DNA of 64,000 bases from Pecten maximus (taxonomy: Eukaryota), in contig NC_047029.1 of the NCBI RefSeq assembly GCF_902652985.1, positions 13,640,001-13,704,000 of the forward strand, read 5' to 3'. How positions within the stretch are numbered: position 1 is the stretch's first letter; every line of letters begins with the position of its first letter. Shown one piece after another: positions 33,926 to 46,800 of the stretch. Under the pieces are notes generated by a model. It had not been told where the DNA came from, did not search any database, and saw only the letters and a list, made by a program, of their open reading frames with translations. A program made the translations under genes and the position numbers.

Positions 33926-36900
33926 TTAAAATAATGTGTCGCTCTCGGTAAAAACAGCGTTTTCAAACGTATTTGCCTCCAGTATCTCCACAAGTTTGGA
34001 AATTGGGATCTCTGGAAGCGTAACTTTACCACCCTCTCGGAATTCTGAAAAAAAATGTATAAACAGGATAAGTTATATTATTGGTTAGTTTCCAAAGTAT
34101 CCAGCGTTTACATACCCATCCTTATGCCCCCCCTTTTTAAATGTTAACTATTCATTTTACAACAATTGTGAAACAAGTTATATCATTAGATTGTGTGGAC
34201 ACTTCATATTCTTTTATATCCTTATTACAAGTATCCGCACAGATATTTTTCCAGCTATGCCGAAAGAAACGTAACCCCTCTTAAAACTGAAAATAAAGAT
34301 GATACTGGAAATTACATACCAATATCAATCATTTCCACTTTAGCTAAAATATTTGAAAGACATGCAACAAAGCATCTTATTATATATCTCGGTAAATATA
34401 TTCTTCTACGAGATGCAGATTCTGAAGTTAACAGTTAGAGCGGAACATTCATGTCCAACAATACTTGTAAATTGAATTGACCAGTGGAGTAGGGACATTG
34501 ACAACAATGAAATAATTGGCATTATTTTTAGGCATTTGACCTAGTCAGTTATATAATATGATAATATAAACTAAAAGTATTAAGACTATTCTTCGACTGC
34601 AGTGGACTGAATCTTATTTGAATGACAGACAACATATCATAATGGCTCATTATAACACATCGTTTCCACAAAGGGTTATAACAGGTGTACCGTAGGGGTC
34701 TGTACTTGGTACGCTCTTTTTTGTAATTTTTATTTTAATGAGCGTCCGCTTTTCTTGGAACACTCAGATATTGACATGTATGCAGACAATACTACCTAAG
34801 TGTAACGTCATCATCCGATACTAAATCTCAATTACAAATGACCTTAATAATATTAAAATTTGGTGCTCTGTAAATAATTTGACATTTAATCAAAGATAGA
34901 CAACATGCCTGCTTATCGGAAAACCTCACAAACTAGCTAGAGAAAAAGATCTTGAAATTTAACTCAATGATGATATTTGTACAATCGTGATATCCCAGAA
35001 AGTCTTGGGAGTACTAATTGACGACACTTTAAGTTGGAAAGACCTTATACATCATGTTAATTCTAAACTGACAACTAGTTTAGCTCTTCTTCATAAGCTA
35101 AATTTGTACTAAACTAATGTTTATGATTGATATATATCACCTGTGCTTGATTATACATAAGCAGCGTGGGGGAAAATTGTTGGAAGGAACATAACAGTAA
35201 CCTAACAAATTTGCAAAAACAATTATTTTAAATTCACCAACACAGACACCTTCAAGAGAACTTTTAAAAGAACTTGATATTTTACCATTCCTATTCAGGA
35301 CATTGTGTCATAGAAGTGTTTTAATATACAAATCGCTTCATGGAGAAGCCCCTGGTTATTTAGCAGGGTTATTAACCCAGAATCCACGCATACGTCGTAT
35401 AGACTTAGATATAGCTCCAGAGAAGATTTAGCTCTACCAACACCAAACTCTGAAATTTGAAACTGAGCTTTCAGTTACTCTGTTGTGGTGACATGGAATT
35501 CCCTTCCTTGTAAAATCAAAGAATGTCTTAATGCCGGGTAATTTAAAACATATCTAATATATATTTTTTTTTATATTATATTCATATTTCAATAAAAGTA
35601 CTACCACAGTACAGTAACAACGGCAATCATTTCTCTTTATAAAGCTGTAACAAATTTAAATTGAAACTTGCACTCCTTTTACAAGCGTCTGTGGCTTACC
35701 TTATTTGTTGGTTACAGCATTTTGTATAGACACAATTCGTCAATTTTTAGAATGTTTATATAAATATGTATTATTACCGTGTGTTTTATAATGAATATAA
35801 TGCATTTGTCATACACTTCATAGTTCGTAGTTTCAGGAGGGCCATGATGAAAATTAGTATTGTCTTTAAATAAATAAATATTATTATAATTATATAACCT
35901 ATATTAAGCATTCTTAAAATTTCTTGTTAGCCTGGATGGAAGCGAGGGGTGTTACTATGGAAATAAAAACCTTACTACTCGGGGAAAACCCACATGGTGG
36001 TAAAAGTGACTTAATACGTTTTCACGTCCGGTCGGGAAATCGAACCCCGGCCGCCTACGTAAAAGTGTGTAACCACTTTCCCGACCTCCCTTTCCCTTTT
36101 TTCGTTGATTAGACACCGTCGAACTATTTCATTGAAAATATTCGCAAAAGATGTGTTGAATATATAAAATATTCAAACAATAACCTATGTAATGATATAC
36201 CAAAAGCATTCTCAAAACGTGTCCTTCAGCGCCAACAAATTATTGTATTTGATTCTTCAAGCCAAAACTACGAAATGTATCAATTAACACGGAACATAAA
36301 CTTTCACAATGTATGTTAACCCTTATAAATGTGAGCGCTGTTTGCATTGCTTTATCACGAAGAAACTTACGTTTCAACATCGCAACCATGGCGTCATCAG
36401 TACAGCCCCTCTCGACTCCTTTCAGCATGTCCGTATCCACAACACCAGGAGCAAACGTCAGTATCCGTATTGATGGTTCCTCTGCGGCCAACACGCGCAT
36501 ATACATGTCCCTGGCAGCCTTACCTATATGTATCGGATAAAATTACTGTCGTTATCGAAACAAGCACTGCTTCAATAGCGAGTACATTTCGGGTAATATT
36601 TTCTATTCGTCATATTCCACATTATTCTTAGATATAAAACAAAATCTTCAATTGTATTATTGCCGTTCCGAACAGTTTTGGACAGATCATTAGAACATCT
36701 CAGGAGGAAATGCATTTCTACTGATATTCGCCATTGCTTATGATGTCTTTTGGAAAAAAACAACTTGTGTTGGGCCGAAACATCGTGAATGAATTCACAA
36801 CTACGAAGTGACGGTGTACGTATCCATGCTTCATTTTTGCCTTGTGTATTACGGGGTATCATGTTGTCAGGTGATAGTCTGTTTAGTAATAGATACATAA

Positions 36901-38683
36901 TGGGTACGAGTGATGTATCGGATATATCACACGAGTGCGTAGCACGAGTGTGATATATGCGATACGTCACGAGTACCCATTTTGTATATGTTTTATCCAA
37001 TGACAGCCGAGGTTTTGTCACCCACGTGCCTAGGGGTGGAGCTATAAAATTGATAAAAACCTGTCACTGTGATATGTTTCCCGCCAATTTCTGACAAGTT
37101 TCATTCTGTCACAGTAGCCCATTCATTTCTAGTGAGACTGTCAACCATGGCGGATCAGGTACGTACTGATCATTGATGTCGATGTGTTTACCGACCGTAG
37201 CGACTGACATTGGATTATTTGATACCAAGGAATTAACGTAACCAATTGTTGTAAATAAACTGAATGGTAATGTGAAAAACATGTGAAAGGCTGCAGGATT
37301 CGAGGATTCGAATTACACAAACAGTAACTGCTCCGGAAAGAGGACCTGCGCTACTTCCCTTTACCAAGCAGGTAAGTCTAAAATCATATTGTTTGAACAA
37401 ATTGTGAAATGAATTTTTTTTCGTAAATTTCGACGTTCACGATGTCACGAATCTTTCAAAGTCCATGAAATTGTTTAGATACATCGATGAATCGGTTAAT
37501 CGGTATTTTTATCCACTCGTCCTGTTATCATTTTCATCACTATTTTGTTTATAAGATTTTTGTGCAACGAAAATGTATGATTACATTTGGCGTAATCTGT
37601 ATAACCATTTTTTTTAAATGACTGAAATTTTATATGTAATCATGAATGCGTTTTTTTTTACTGATCTGTTAAAATATACTGAACAGGGTTTTATATTCTG
37701 TTTCGTCAGGTTTTGATGAACAACTCAATATGGACAGGACGGAACATCGCAGCACGGCTGTACGTTCATACAAGGTGAAGAAAGAAGACAACAAAGAACA
37801 TTTCTAAACGGCACTCGTATTTCATTAAATTTTGTTTAAAATGTATTTCCTGTCTTTGTTCATTTGTCACGCCCACATTTGAAATTGGCCCCGCCTCAAG
37901 ACTGAGGCATGGACCAATCAGAAATGCCATGTGATATTTCAGATATCACATATGTGATATTTGAAATATCACATAGTATGCAATATATCGCCAACAAAAG
38001 ATCAAAGAAAAAACCGAGGCGTCATTGGATAACTTCCAAATACAGTGTTTTTCGACCTGACACATCGAGTAAGTATATGTTAGGCGGGTACCTATTGAAT
38101 CCAATATAATCCTTTCCTTTTACTACATATTTCACAAGTCCTTACCTGCACAGTAAAGATGCAAACATGTCATAGGGGCTGAACCACTTATTGATGACAT
38201 ATTGACCACCACCCGAGATTTCTTGGAATCAGAGAATGTCTGGAAGAAGCTGGTGTTGAGTAGGATCATCCCTGTCAGGTTGATGTCGAAGTTACTCCTC
38301 ACCTCCACAGAGTCACACAATTCCAAAGATCTCTTTGACCCATCAGTGGCAGTAGCACAATTATGAACGATCATAAATTGCTCGAAGTCATTTTCCGAAA
38401 GGTTGTTTCCTGACAAAATTTCGTTGAATATATCTTTGAAATAATCTTTTCCTACGCTGCCCTGATCATATTGTTGTACCAGAACAGTGACATTTGGTGT
38501 CTTGGACGTTATTTCTGACTTGACATTTTCCAATGCCTGCTCATTCCTTGCCATGAGTACAAAGACAGTATTGACAGGGAACTTGGCCGCAAACTGTAGT
38601 GCTATACATCTTCCTAATCCTTTGCTGGCGCCGGTTATGGCTACAAATGTCTTCTTAAGGAAAATATTCTGTTGTTGCTCCAT
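33926..38683 (-). CDS. SPR: sepiapterin reductase-like SDR, copy 5 (269 aa); exons 38683-38146, 36523-36371, 34044-33926
   Basis: TGASKGLG, VVNMSS, LYCAG|KAARDMYMRVL, FAPGVVDTDM, FENAVFTESDTLF*. GT-AG phase-1 introns. Confidence 0.9.
34265..35545 (+). mobile_element. degenerate CR1/L2-group LINE RT fragment in copy 5 intron 2 (antisense to host)
   Basis: NYIPISIISTLAKIFER, AFDLVS, TGVP*GSVLG, MYADNT and KVLGVLIDDTLSWK, with many stops and frameshifts. Confidence 0.85.
35945..36085 (-). mobile_element. tRNA-derived SINE (family of 46586-46800)
   Basis: Reverse complement of the GGCGGCCGGGGTTCGATT..CGGACGTGA head. Confidence 0.75.
36899..38032. mobile_element. non-autonomous element with terminal hairpin and 12-bp sub-terminal inverted repeats
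   Basis: 83-nt hairpin at 36899-36981. TTATCCAATGAC (36993) and GTCATTGGATAA (38021) are exact reverse complements. Superfamily (Crypton- or Helentron-type) not determined. Confidence 0.7.
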
Positions 38684-40869
38684 TTTGCTTCTTACACCGC
38701 TCGTACAAAATCTGATAACAGTACCTGTGTGATTAGTTCAATCTAGCTATCATAAATGACATAATAATTGTGTACACAGCAGGTCATGAACTGTCCTAAT
38801 GCATCGATTGTTATCTATATTGTAAAGTTCAGATACGATACATATTGGAATTTTTTTCCCGATTAAATTTGTTCGATCTAAACTGAATGGTTTTTGACTA
38901 TGACAAAAATTGTTATATTGTGTAATTACCCTTTGAGATAACGTATTATGTTAAGTCTCTTAATTTTGATAAACTGGCAAAAATGTTAACGCTACACGGA
39001 TATTATGTCATCTCCAGTAGATGTGATATGACCTTGTGTTACAATGTACGTCCTGGATAAACAACCGTGGTAAATAGAAAATCCAACCAGAGGTGTGTTA
39101 ACCTTTGAGAGAATACAATACTGGTGGGAAATAAAGAACAGATCGTTGCGACACCGTTTACCCTTGCGGCAATTTATTTTATCTTTCCATGCTAATTTTT
39201 CCGATAGCTAGACTTTTTATTTTTGACGGGAAAAAGAATAAAACATGACCTTACCATGGAAATGAAAACATATTAATACGATTTGATCAAATAAATGACA
39301 TTGGCATTTTTTCAAATTTGCTAAACTCTTAAAATTCTTCCATTGACAATAAGAAGTTCAATCATTCTCACAATTTCATCTTCGATATATTTGCTATGAG
39401 CCCCAGTAGAAATTTAGGGAAATACGTTCCAGTATACTTCATACACTATGTACTTGTATCGCCGTTAACCTTTCTTGGAAAATAAAGCTCTCATTACAAG
39501 AGAACGAAGGCTTTCCTTAAGTTTTGAATGGGTGGGAAATGGTAGAATAAAGAGTAGAAAATATCACACGTTCCGATTGATCTTAAATTCTCTCTTCCAT
39601 TACATCACTGTCTGTCTGGGTTTTGTTTTTCTAACATTTTGTGTCTTCTTGACATCCCTCCTCAAATGACAGTGGCTGTTGTTCGGACGTTAAACCATGT
39701 AAAAACAAAACAATTGATGGCAGCAACATTCTTTAAGCGCGAGTAAACAGTATCCCAATAGGCTTGCACGATCTAGCAATAAAGCATTATTGATAGATAG
39801 GAATGTAACATGAACGCGATGTAATAATATTTGTGTAACTACACTTTTTGTTTTGAAACCCGACGTAGCGTGGAATTTAGATAGCAATAAGTTCATTACT
39901 TTGTTCATTTTTTTCTACTACGACGGACCACCTTTAGAACTCTAAACAACACATTTTTACTCTAATATTTTACTTTGACCAGTACAGGAAACCAAAATTA
40001 TATTTCTACAACACATTTATTTATGCTTAAGTCGTTCAAGATTTCACAGGAATTGAAACAAATAGAAAGTAATTTCGTATCTTTATTGTGATATTCGTTG
40101 CAGTACATTGATCCGTGTTGTGTTTACGTATAGTAAGTTGTGCTATTTCATGTACATATTGGCTAACAGTCTCCGTAATACCACTTTAAAAATAAACTAT
40201 TTCTAATCGTTTATATTACACAGCACAAAAAAATGGAAAAGATTCCCGACCCCTAGAAATATGATTACCCCTGTGGAACACGTTGGGTTACGTCTCCTGA
40301 ACGAAGCATGCGTAACACGTAGCATTTCGAGAGCTTGGTGACTGGTTTGCCCGCTGACAGTACAATGTGACCGGATGGGGTGTCCTGTTGGGTGTCTTTG
40401 GCAGTAGCACGATCGCAGATTCATGCGTCTCACACACAGGGAGACCGTCAGTAAATCATCATGGATGTTGGTATGAATTGAAAATCTACATAACAAAACC
40501 TTCCCAAACCTTTTTTGTATAATTAGGAAAACTGGCTGTTTGGTTTTTTTGTTTTGTTTTGTTTTTGTTTTTTAGAGCAAAGACAAATGACGTACAACCA
40601 AGATATAAAAACTGTATTAATTAAATGTAATATTATAGTGCTTATATAGGAAATACAATATCTGTGGATTAATGTATCGACATAATAACAAAAATAGGAA
40701 ATAAATATGTCGGGATTACATATGGAGGGGGTAATCAGTAAGGAAGCATGACTCGAGAAGAGGAAAGGTGATAATAACATTGCTTAGGTGCCTTGACGAA
40801 CTTGTAAGACATTAACTTACATTCTATCGTTGTTAATATTAACAAAATATTAACAAACAACACACATAG

Positions 40870-43800
40870 TTAGAATATTTTGTCGCTCTCCAGGCAAACG
40901 GCATTCTCAAACGTGTTTTCTTCTAGTATATCCACCAGTTTTGAGATTGGGGTCTCTGGAAGTGTAATCCTACCCTCTTCTCGAAGCCCTGAAAAATATG
41001 TTTTTATATTATTATTCCCACTCGAGTCAGTGTTTACAGCCCCTACATAATGACTCTTTTTTTTCCCACAAAGATGCTACAGGGACACTCGGCCAGTATG
41101 TATCGTGGTCTCAACAAAGTATACTGTATCATTCTTTTAACTCAAATTACTAAATATATTGTACCTGCTTTCACCATGGTAAAATTCATACCAGGCGACA
41201 AAAAACGGATATCTTTTCATTGCTCTCTCAATTATGACAAGTAATAATTTGTAGTCTTATATACCGCCATATTACCTCAACATAGCCGTCTCAGAGCGGT
41301 TCACAAATTAATATCTATGGTCATTGGACCTTTAGCAAGCCAGTCAATGTCTTTCTCAACTCACCGGGGAGCATACAGCCAAAGCTGCCATTTAGAAACT
41401 AACAGCTTATGCCATTTCTTACCCTGTCCTACCATGTACTTATTAACAGATTAATACGGAGTAAGCTATCTTGTTTAAGGATACAATACATGGAACGCCA
41501 GAGATGTCTTGTTAGATATATGTTCGTTTCACTGTATGATATGTCTCATGATGTACATGTGTAATATTATGTGATTTTACCATTTTTTTATTCGTATTTT
41601 AGTTTCATTCGAAATACTTTTATATGATGGGCATTTGTCATTACCTGATGTATACCAGATTTTATTCAAAAACCCTTTCATGACTTAGCCAAAATGAATA
41701 ATCTGGTCTTCGCCGCTATCCTAGCACTGCCTAGACTTGCAAATTGCCACTGAAGTAAATTTCTGTGCGAGATTTAATGTCTAATTTCCATTTATGTTTC
41801 ATTTTCATTAGTCACATTATAACATTTTCTATAATGTTAATAGCTGGAGATTGAGTAGTCCAGAATCAGTTTCCTACTTCCACGTACGGATCATGTTTAA
41901 CTGGTGTAATGCACAGTTATCATTTTGAAAGATCCACGACCTGTCGGGAAATATTATAGGGACATTTGGCCATAAAAATCATCAATAGCATAACTATAAT
42001 TTTGAGAGTTGATATTTCCTTCAATTTTAGTGAGAGAACTTCCCCGGTTGTGGACAAACGTCTCGAAAACATTACTGATATATCAGAGCGGTCGGAGCAA
42101 CTACCACAGGTTTCCTAACAGTCTGATTGAAATACAAATTGTATATCGGACGCATTTCCCCAAGCATAAATTTTCCTCTCCTTGACTCAATTTTATTGTT
42201 TTTTTTTGGTTTTTTTTTTAGAAATTGTTATTGTTATTGTTTTGGCGACAAACACCTGTAATTATTTTCTGACATCTACGTCTAACTGACCACCCTGACA
42301 ATCTACGTCTAACTGACCACCCTGACAATCTACGTCTAAGTGACCACCCTGACAATCTACGTCTAAGTGACCACCCTGACAATCTACGTCTAACTGACCA
42401 CCCTGACAATTGCCGAGGAACACTTTCATAAAATGAGGCAGCCGAGTCCGCCAAAGACTATTGCCACATACAACCAAAGTACTCGGCCACAATATTCGTC
42501 ATCTTATGTTCTCTTCCCATTTGGGGTTTATTTTCCACTGAACCTCGATCAAGGTAACTAAAAGGTACATTCTACATAGTATTGAAGCTAATTCTTACAA
42601 TTTTAACAAGTTTGCGTGATTATAATCCGTTTTCACTCATTTAATTATATTCCGCTTCAGTTCGGCTGCCAAATCACTTCTTCGATGCGCCATCTTTAAT
42701 GACGTCACTAAAAAGACTATAAATATTAATAATATTAATAAAAAAACCATCTCTGGAGTTGAACTGGTACGTAGACAAACCGTATACATCGTTTTATTAG
42801 ATTTGTAAAACAAGTTTTTTCACAATACATTTTAGATTGAAAAGTTATGAAGTTCTTTCATTTTCACATTAAGTATTTTGCGTACTGTACAATGGCCAGG
42901 CCCTAACATTGGCTGGCGTGGAAGCTACTTGCAAAATCCATGCAAAAAATATGACTGACATCTTGTAACGGTCTTTTTGGACAAATTTGCATGTAAGTAT
43001 ACAAATGTTCATTTAAATAAAACAACCTTATCCCTTATTTTCGCAGTCGCAAAATGCCAATAAGGGGCCACATTCATATCACCATTAAACTGATCTTCCA
43101 CTTTTATTCTCTCTCTCATCTCAGCAATAGGAATGACATATCGATCCAAATAAATGAAAATGAGAACCTCACACACTACCATTTTAGGGTTTAGCTCAAT
43201 ATCCACTTTTGAACCCTTCCCCCAGGGAGCCATACCCTCCGTTTACACAGCATTACACATTTGCCAAATGGTGCTGCAGACCGAATTTCATCAAAATCCA
43301 TTCAGGCATTCAGAACTAGTAGCGGTTTAAATGAATTACCTCAATTTCCCCTACTGGGCTCCGCCCCTCCGGCTCCAGGGGAACCACGCCCTCCGTTTAT
43401 ACAACGTTTGATTCCCTTTTCCGATTTATGATCCAGACTAAATTTCATTAAAATCCATTCAGGCGTTCAGGACTAGTAGCGAATTATATATAAAAAAAGT
43501 TGACAGACGGACGACGGACGCCGCACCACGACAGGTGATGGTCCAAACCATCAATTAAGCGAATGCCAGGTGAGTGAGGCTGACCAATTCGGCTTCTTGT
43601 TAAATTTTGAGTTTTGAACCAAAAAAATACCTTACCGAATGATGGATTACGGAAAACACTTTTTTAAGTCTCCAAATTGCTAATTTTTTATCAGTTTTCT
43701 GGCTTTATATTGACCCGTCTACGACTAAACTACAAAACACATCGTTTTGCGTGATCACATGGAGGAAAACCTTAACCTACTTCAGTGTCACAGAACACAC

Positions 43801-46800
43801 ACTCAATTAGTACACGCATGCAGCTATCTCTATTTAATTTAAGATATCTCTATTTAATTAGCGATATCTGTAATTTAGATAAAGATATCTCTATTTAAAT
43901 AAAGATGTCTAATTTAAATACAGATATCTCTATTTTTACTGAAAATAGAGATATCTTCTTTTAAATTACAGATATCTCTATTTCAAATTCAGATATCTCT
44001 ATGTTTGAATTACAGATATCTTTAATTGTAATTAAGATATCTTTATTTTAAATAGAAATATCTTTAATTCTTGTCAAATTAAAGATATCTTTATTTAAAA
44101 AAGAGATATCTCTATTTGAATTAAAGATATCCCTATTTTAAATAGAAATATCTTTAATTTTGTTTAAATAGTGATGTCTTCATTTGAAATACAGATATCT
44201 CTAATTCAAATACAGATATCTCTAATTCAATTAAAGATATCTCTATTTAAAATAGAGATATCTTTAATTGAATTAGAGATATCTGCAATTACTTTGCAAT
44301 ACAGATATCGCTATTTCAAATACAGATATCTCTATTTGAATTAAAGATATCTGTATTTACACGTGTTTGCTCAGTGCGAAGATTAATATTGAAACACAGA
44401 AAATAATGATTACTCCCTAATCCTGATCAGTGTTAACGAAACGTTTGTAATTAAATTGGACCATCCGGATCCCATATGCATGCATGAGAGATGTAGGTCT
44501 AAACCGATACACTTGCTACTTGGAGGGGATTTCTAAAGAACAGAACATGGCAACTGTTCTACGGGAAATAGGGCGAACTGTTGCGGCTATACGCAGTACC
44601 ATTGAAATCGGATACGTTGTAACAGATGCGCAGTTATTACGGCTTAGGGCTGCAAAACGCAATGTTGTTCGACTACTGCTTTACTTCCGTCATGCGCAAA
44701 AGGGAGAATCAAGGGAGCAGTCGTTTTTCCTATTTGATGGTTAAATACAGATATCTCTATTTCATGTCAAATAAAGGTATCTTTAATTCAAATAGAGATA
44801 TATGTATTCAAAATAAAGATATCTGTATTTGAAATAGAGATATCTTTAATTGAATTAGAGATATCTGTATTTGAATTAGAGATATATGTATTTGAATTAA
44901 AGATATCTTTATTTTAAAAACAGATATCTTTATTTACAATGAAATGCAGATATCTCTAATTCAATTTAAGATATCTCTATTTAAATTAAAGATATCTCTA
45001 TTTGAATTAAAGATATCTTTAATTTTTATATTACTAATGATATCTTTATTTTGAATACAGATATCTGTATTTAATAGGTAAAAACCCAAACGGCTTGCCA
45101 TATAGGAGGCCGTTTTTGAATGACCACAACTGTTAAAAGGACGTTAAACAATATTAAACCAAAGCCATCAACATTGAACATATACTTACACAGTGTATTT
45201 ATGCCGAACCCATCTAACTAGGTAGTAAACCCCTGTACTTACGTTTCATCAGCGCAGCGACGACTTTGTCAGGACAACACCTCTCGACTGTCTTTGCCAA
45301 ATCTGTGTCCGATGAACCTGGGGCAAACGTCAGTATCCGTAAAGACGGTTCCTCTGCAGCCAATACGCGCATATACATGTCCCTGGCAGCTTTTCCTGTA
45401 TAATCAGAAAATTACAATGTCTATTTACAGTAGGATATGATAGTAAGCTGCTAATGTGAGCTATCTTTAGTGGAAAACCAGCTTCATCTGACTAAAATAT
45501 CAAATGCACACAAACTAAAGTAACATACCTTGGTTTAGCATCCTAAAATATCAATGAATGTTATCTTTTTCACTCAACAATTATTTCAAGATGAGAAAAT
45601 GGATCAAAAGCGGCCGTGTGAGCCGGCGATGCATCGACTCGGGAACGGAAGTAGTCTGTATATTTTGGAGCGGTATTCCAGGGTCAATCTGATTGGTCGA
45701 GAGCTCTGTAAACAATACACCAATCAATATCCTACTTCCGTTCGACAGTCAATGCATGGCCTGATCATCGAGTAGTACACCTTGTTGATATATGTAGTAG
45801 GAGTAAGGGCTAATGTTTTTTTCTATATATTCTAACCAGAAGCAGACTCCTGTGTTTAAACGAGGATAACATGTATGGAAAAATATAGCTTTACACGGAG
45901 ATCTTAAATGAGGCAGTGTTGACAACGAAACCACTAGACAAATATCTACGATAAAGCTTTTCCCATGGTCCTCATCGACTTGCATCTCTCCAACTAATAT
46001 AAGTTATGATATTGATGTTTAAAGTTTTGTGAAATACAATACCAGGTCTTCATTGTTTATTTGGAACGTCGAATATAGTTTTCCCCACAGTTCACCGATT
46101 TATCTCCAGTTTTAGACGTGACAGATTTGTCTGTCAACCCTTATGATATGACAGATTGCACGTAATAACCTTCTGAACCAGAATAACGTCTGCAACTACT
46201 TTTTTGGTTGACGTCACTATAGTTCCCGCGTTGTTATTTAATGTTAAATATGCGTAGGAGACACAAAATGTAGTTTTACATCAAATAGTATCACTTATAC
46301 TCTATTTCAGTGTCTGTTTGAATGAACATTAATCTTAAATCTATGTTTTCTTGTTGTAATGGTACTGGCTTGCATTTTTTTTTTGTGGTGCTGGGTTGTT
46401 GTTGTTGTTGTTGTTGTTGTTGTGAGTACTTCTTCAAATGAGGACAACACTGTGCCGACCATATGCATTTTGTTAACAAACACACCTGGACCACCGGTGG
46501 GATATGCATGTGGTGGGAGAAAAATAACCATTCATTATTCCCAAAAAGGAAGAAAGTGTGACAAAGTAATTTCATCTCTCGGGTTGGGTGGTCGGGTGGC
46601 ACAGTGGTAACACACTTGCCTTTCACCTAGGCGGCCGGGGTTCGATTCCCCGATCGGACGTGACAATTGATTTGGGTCACCTGCCCGACCACGTGGGTTT
46701 TCCCTGGATTCTCCGGTTTTCTCCCACAGCAAGACCCCTCGCGCGCTTCCATGAGGGCCAACAAGCGTGATTATTGTAAGTTGATATAACTTGTTTCGCA

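Noticed and set aside
43822-45070. CRISPR-like repeat/spacer appearance (also 23404-23695, 30330-30750, 61730-62525)
   Set aside because: The linkers are related to each other rather than unique spacers, there are no cas genes, and the context is eukaryotic.
45500-45760. Element shared by intron 1 of + and - SPR copies (13200-13490, 16690-16995) as a conserved regulatory element
   Set aside because: Its orientation relative to the host gene is opposite in copy 6 and it has inverted-repeat ends, so it is more likely an independently inserted repeat.
46586-46660. tRNA genes (also 49391, 52921, 63519)
   Set aside because: A and B boxes continue into SINE bodies and tails without a proper cloverleaf; most occur as diverged multiple copies.
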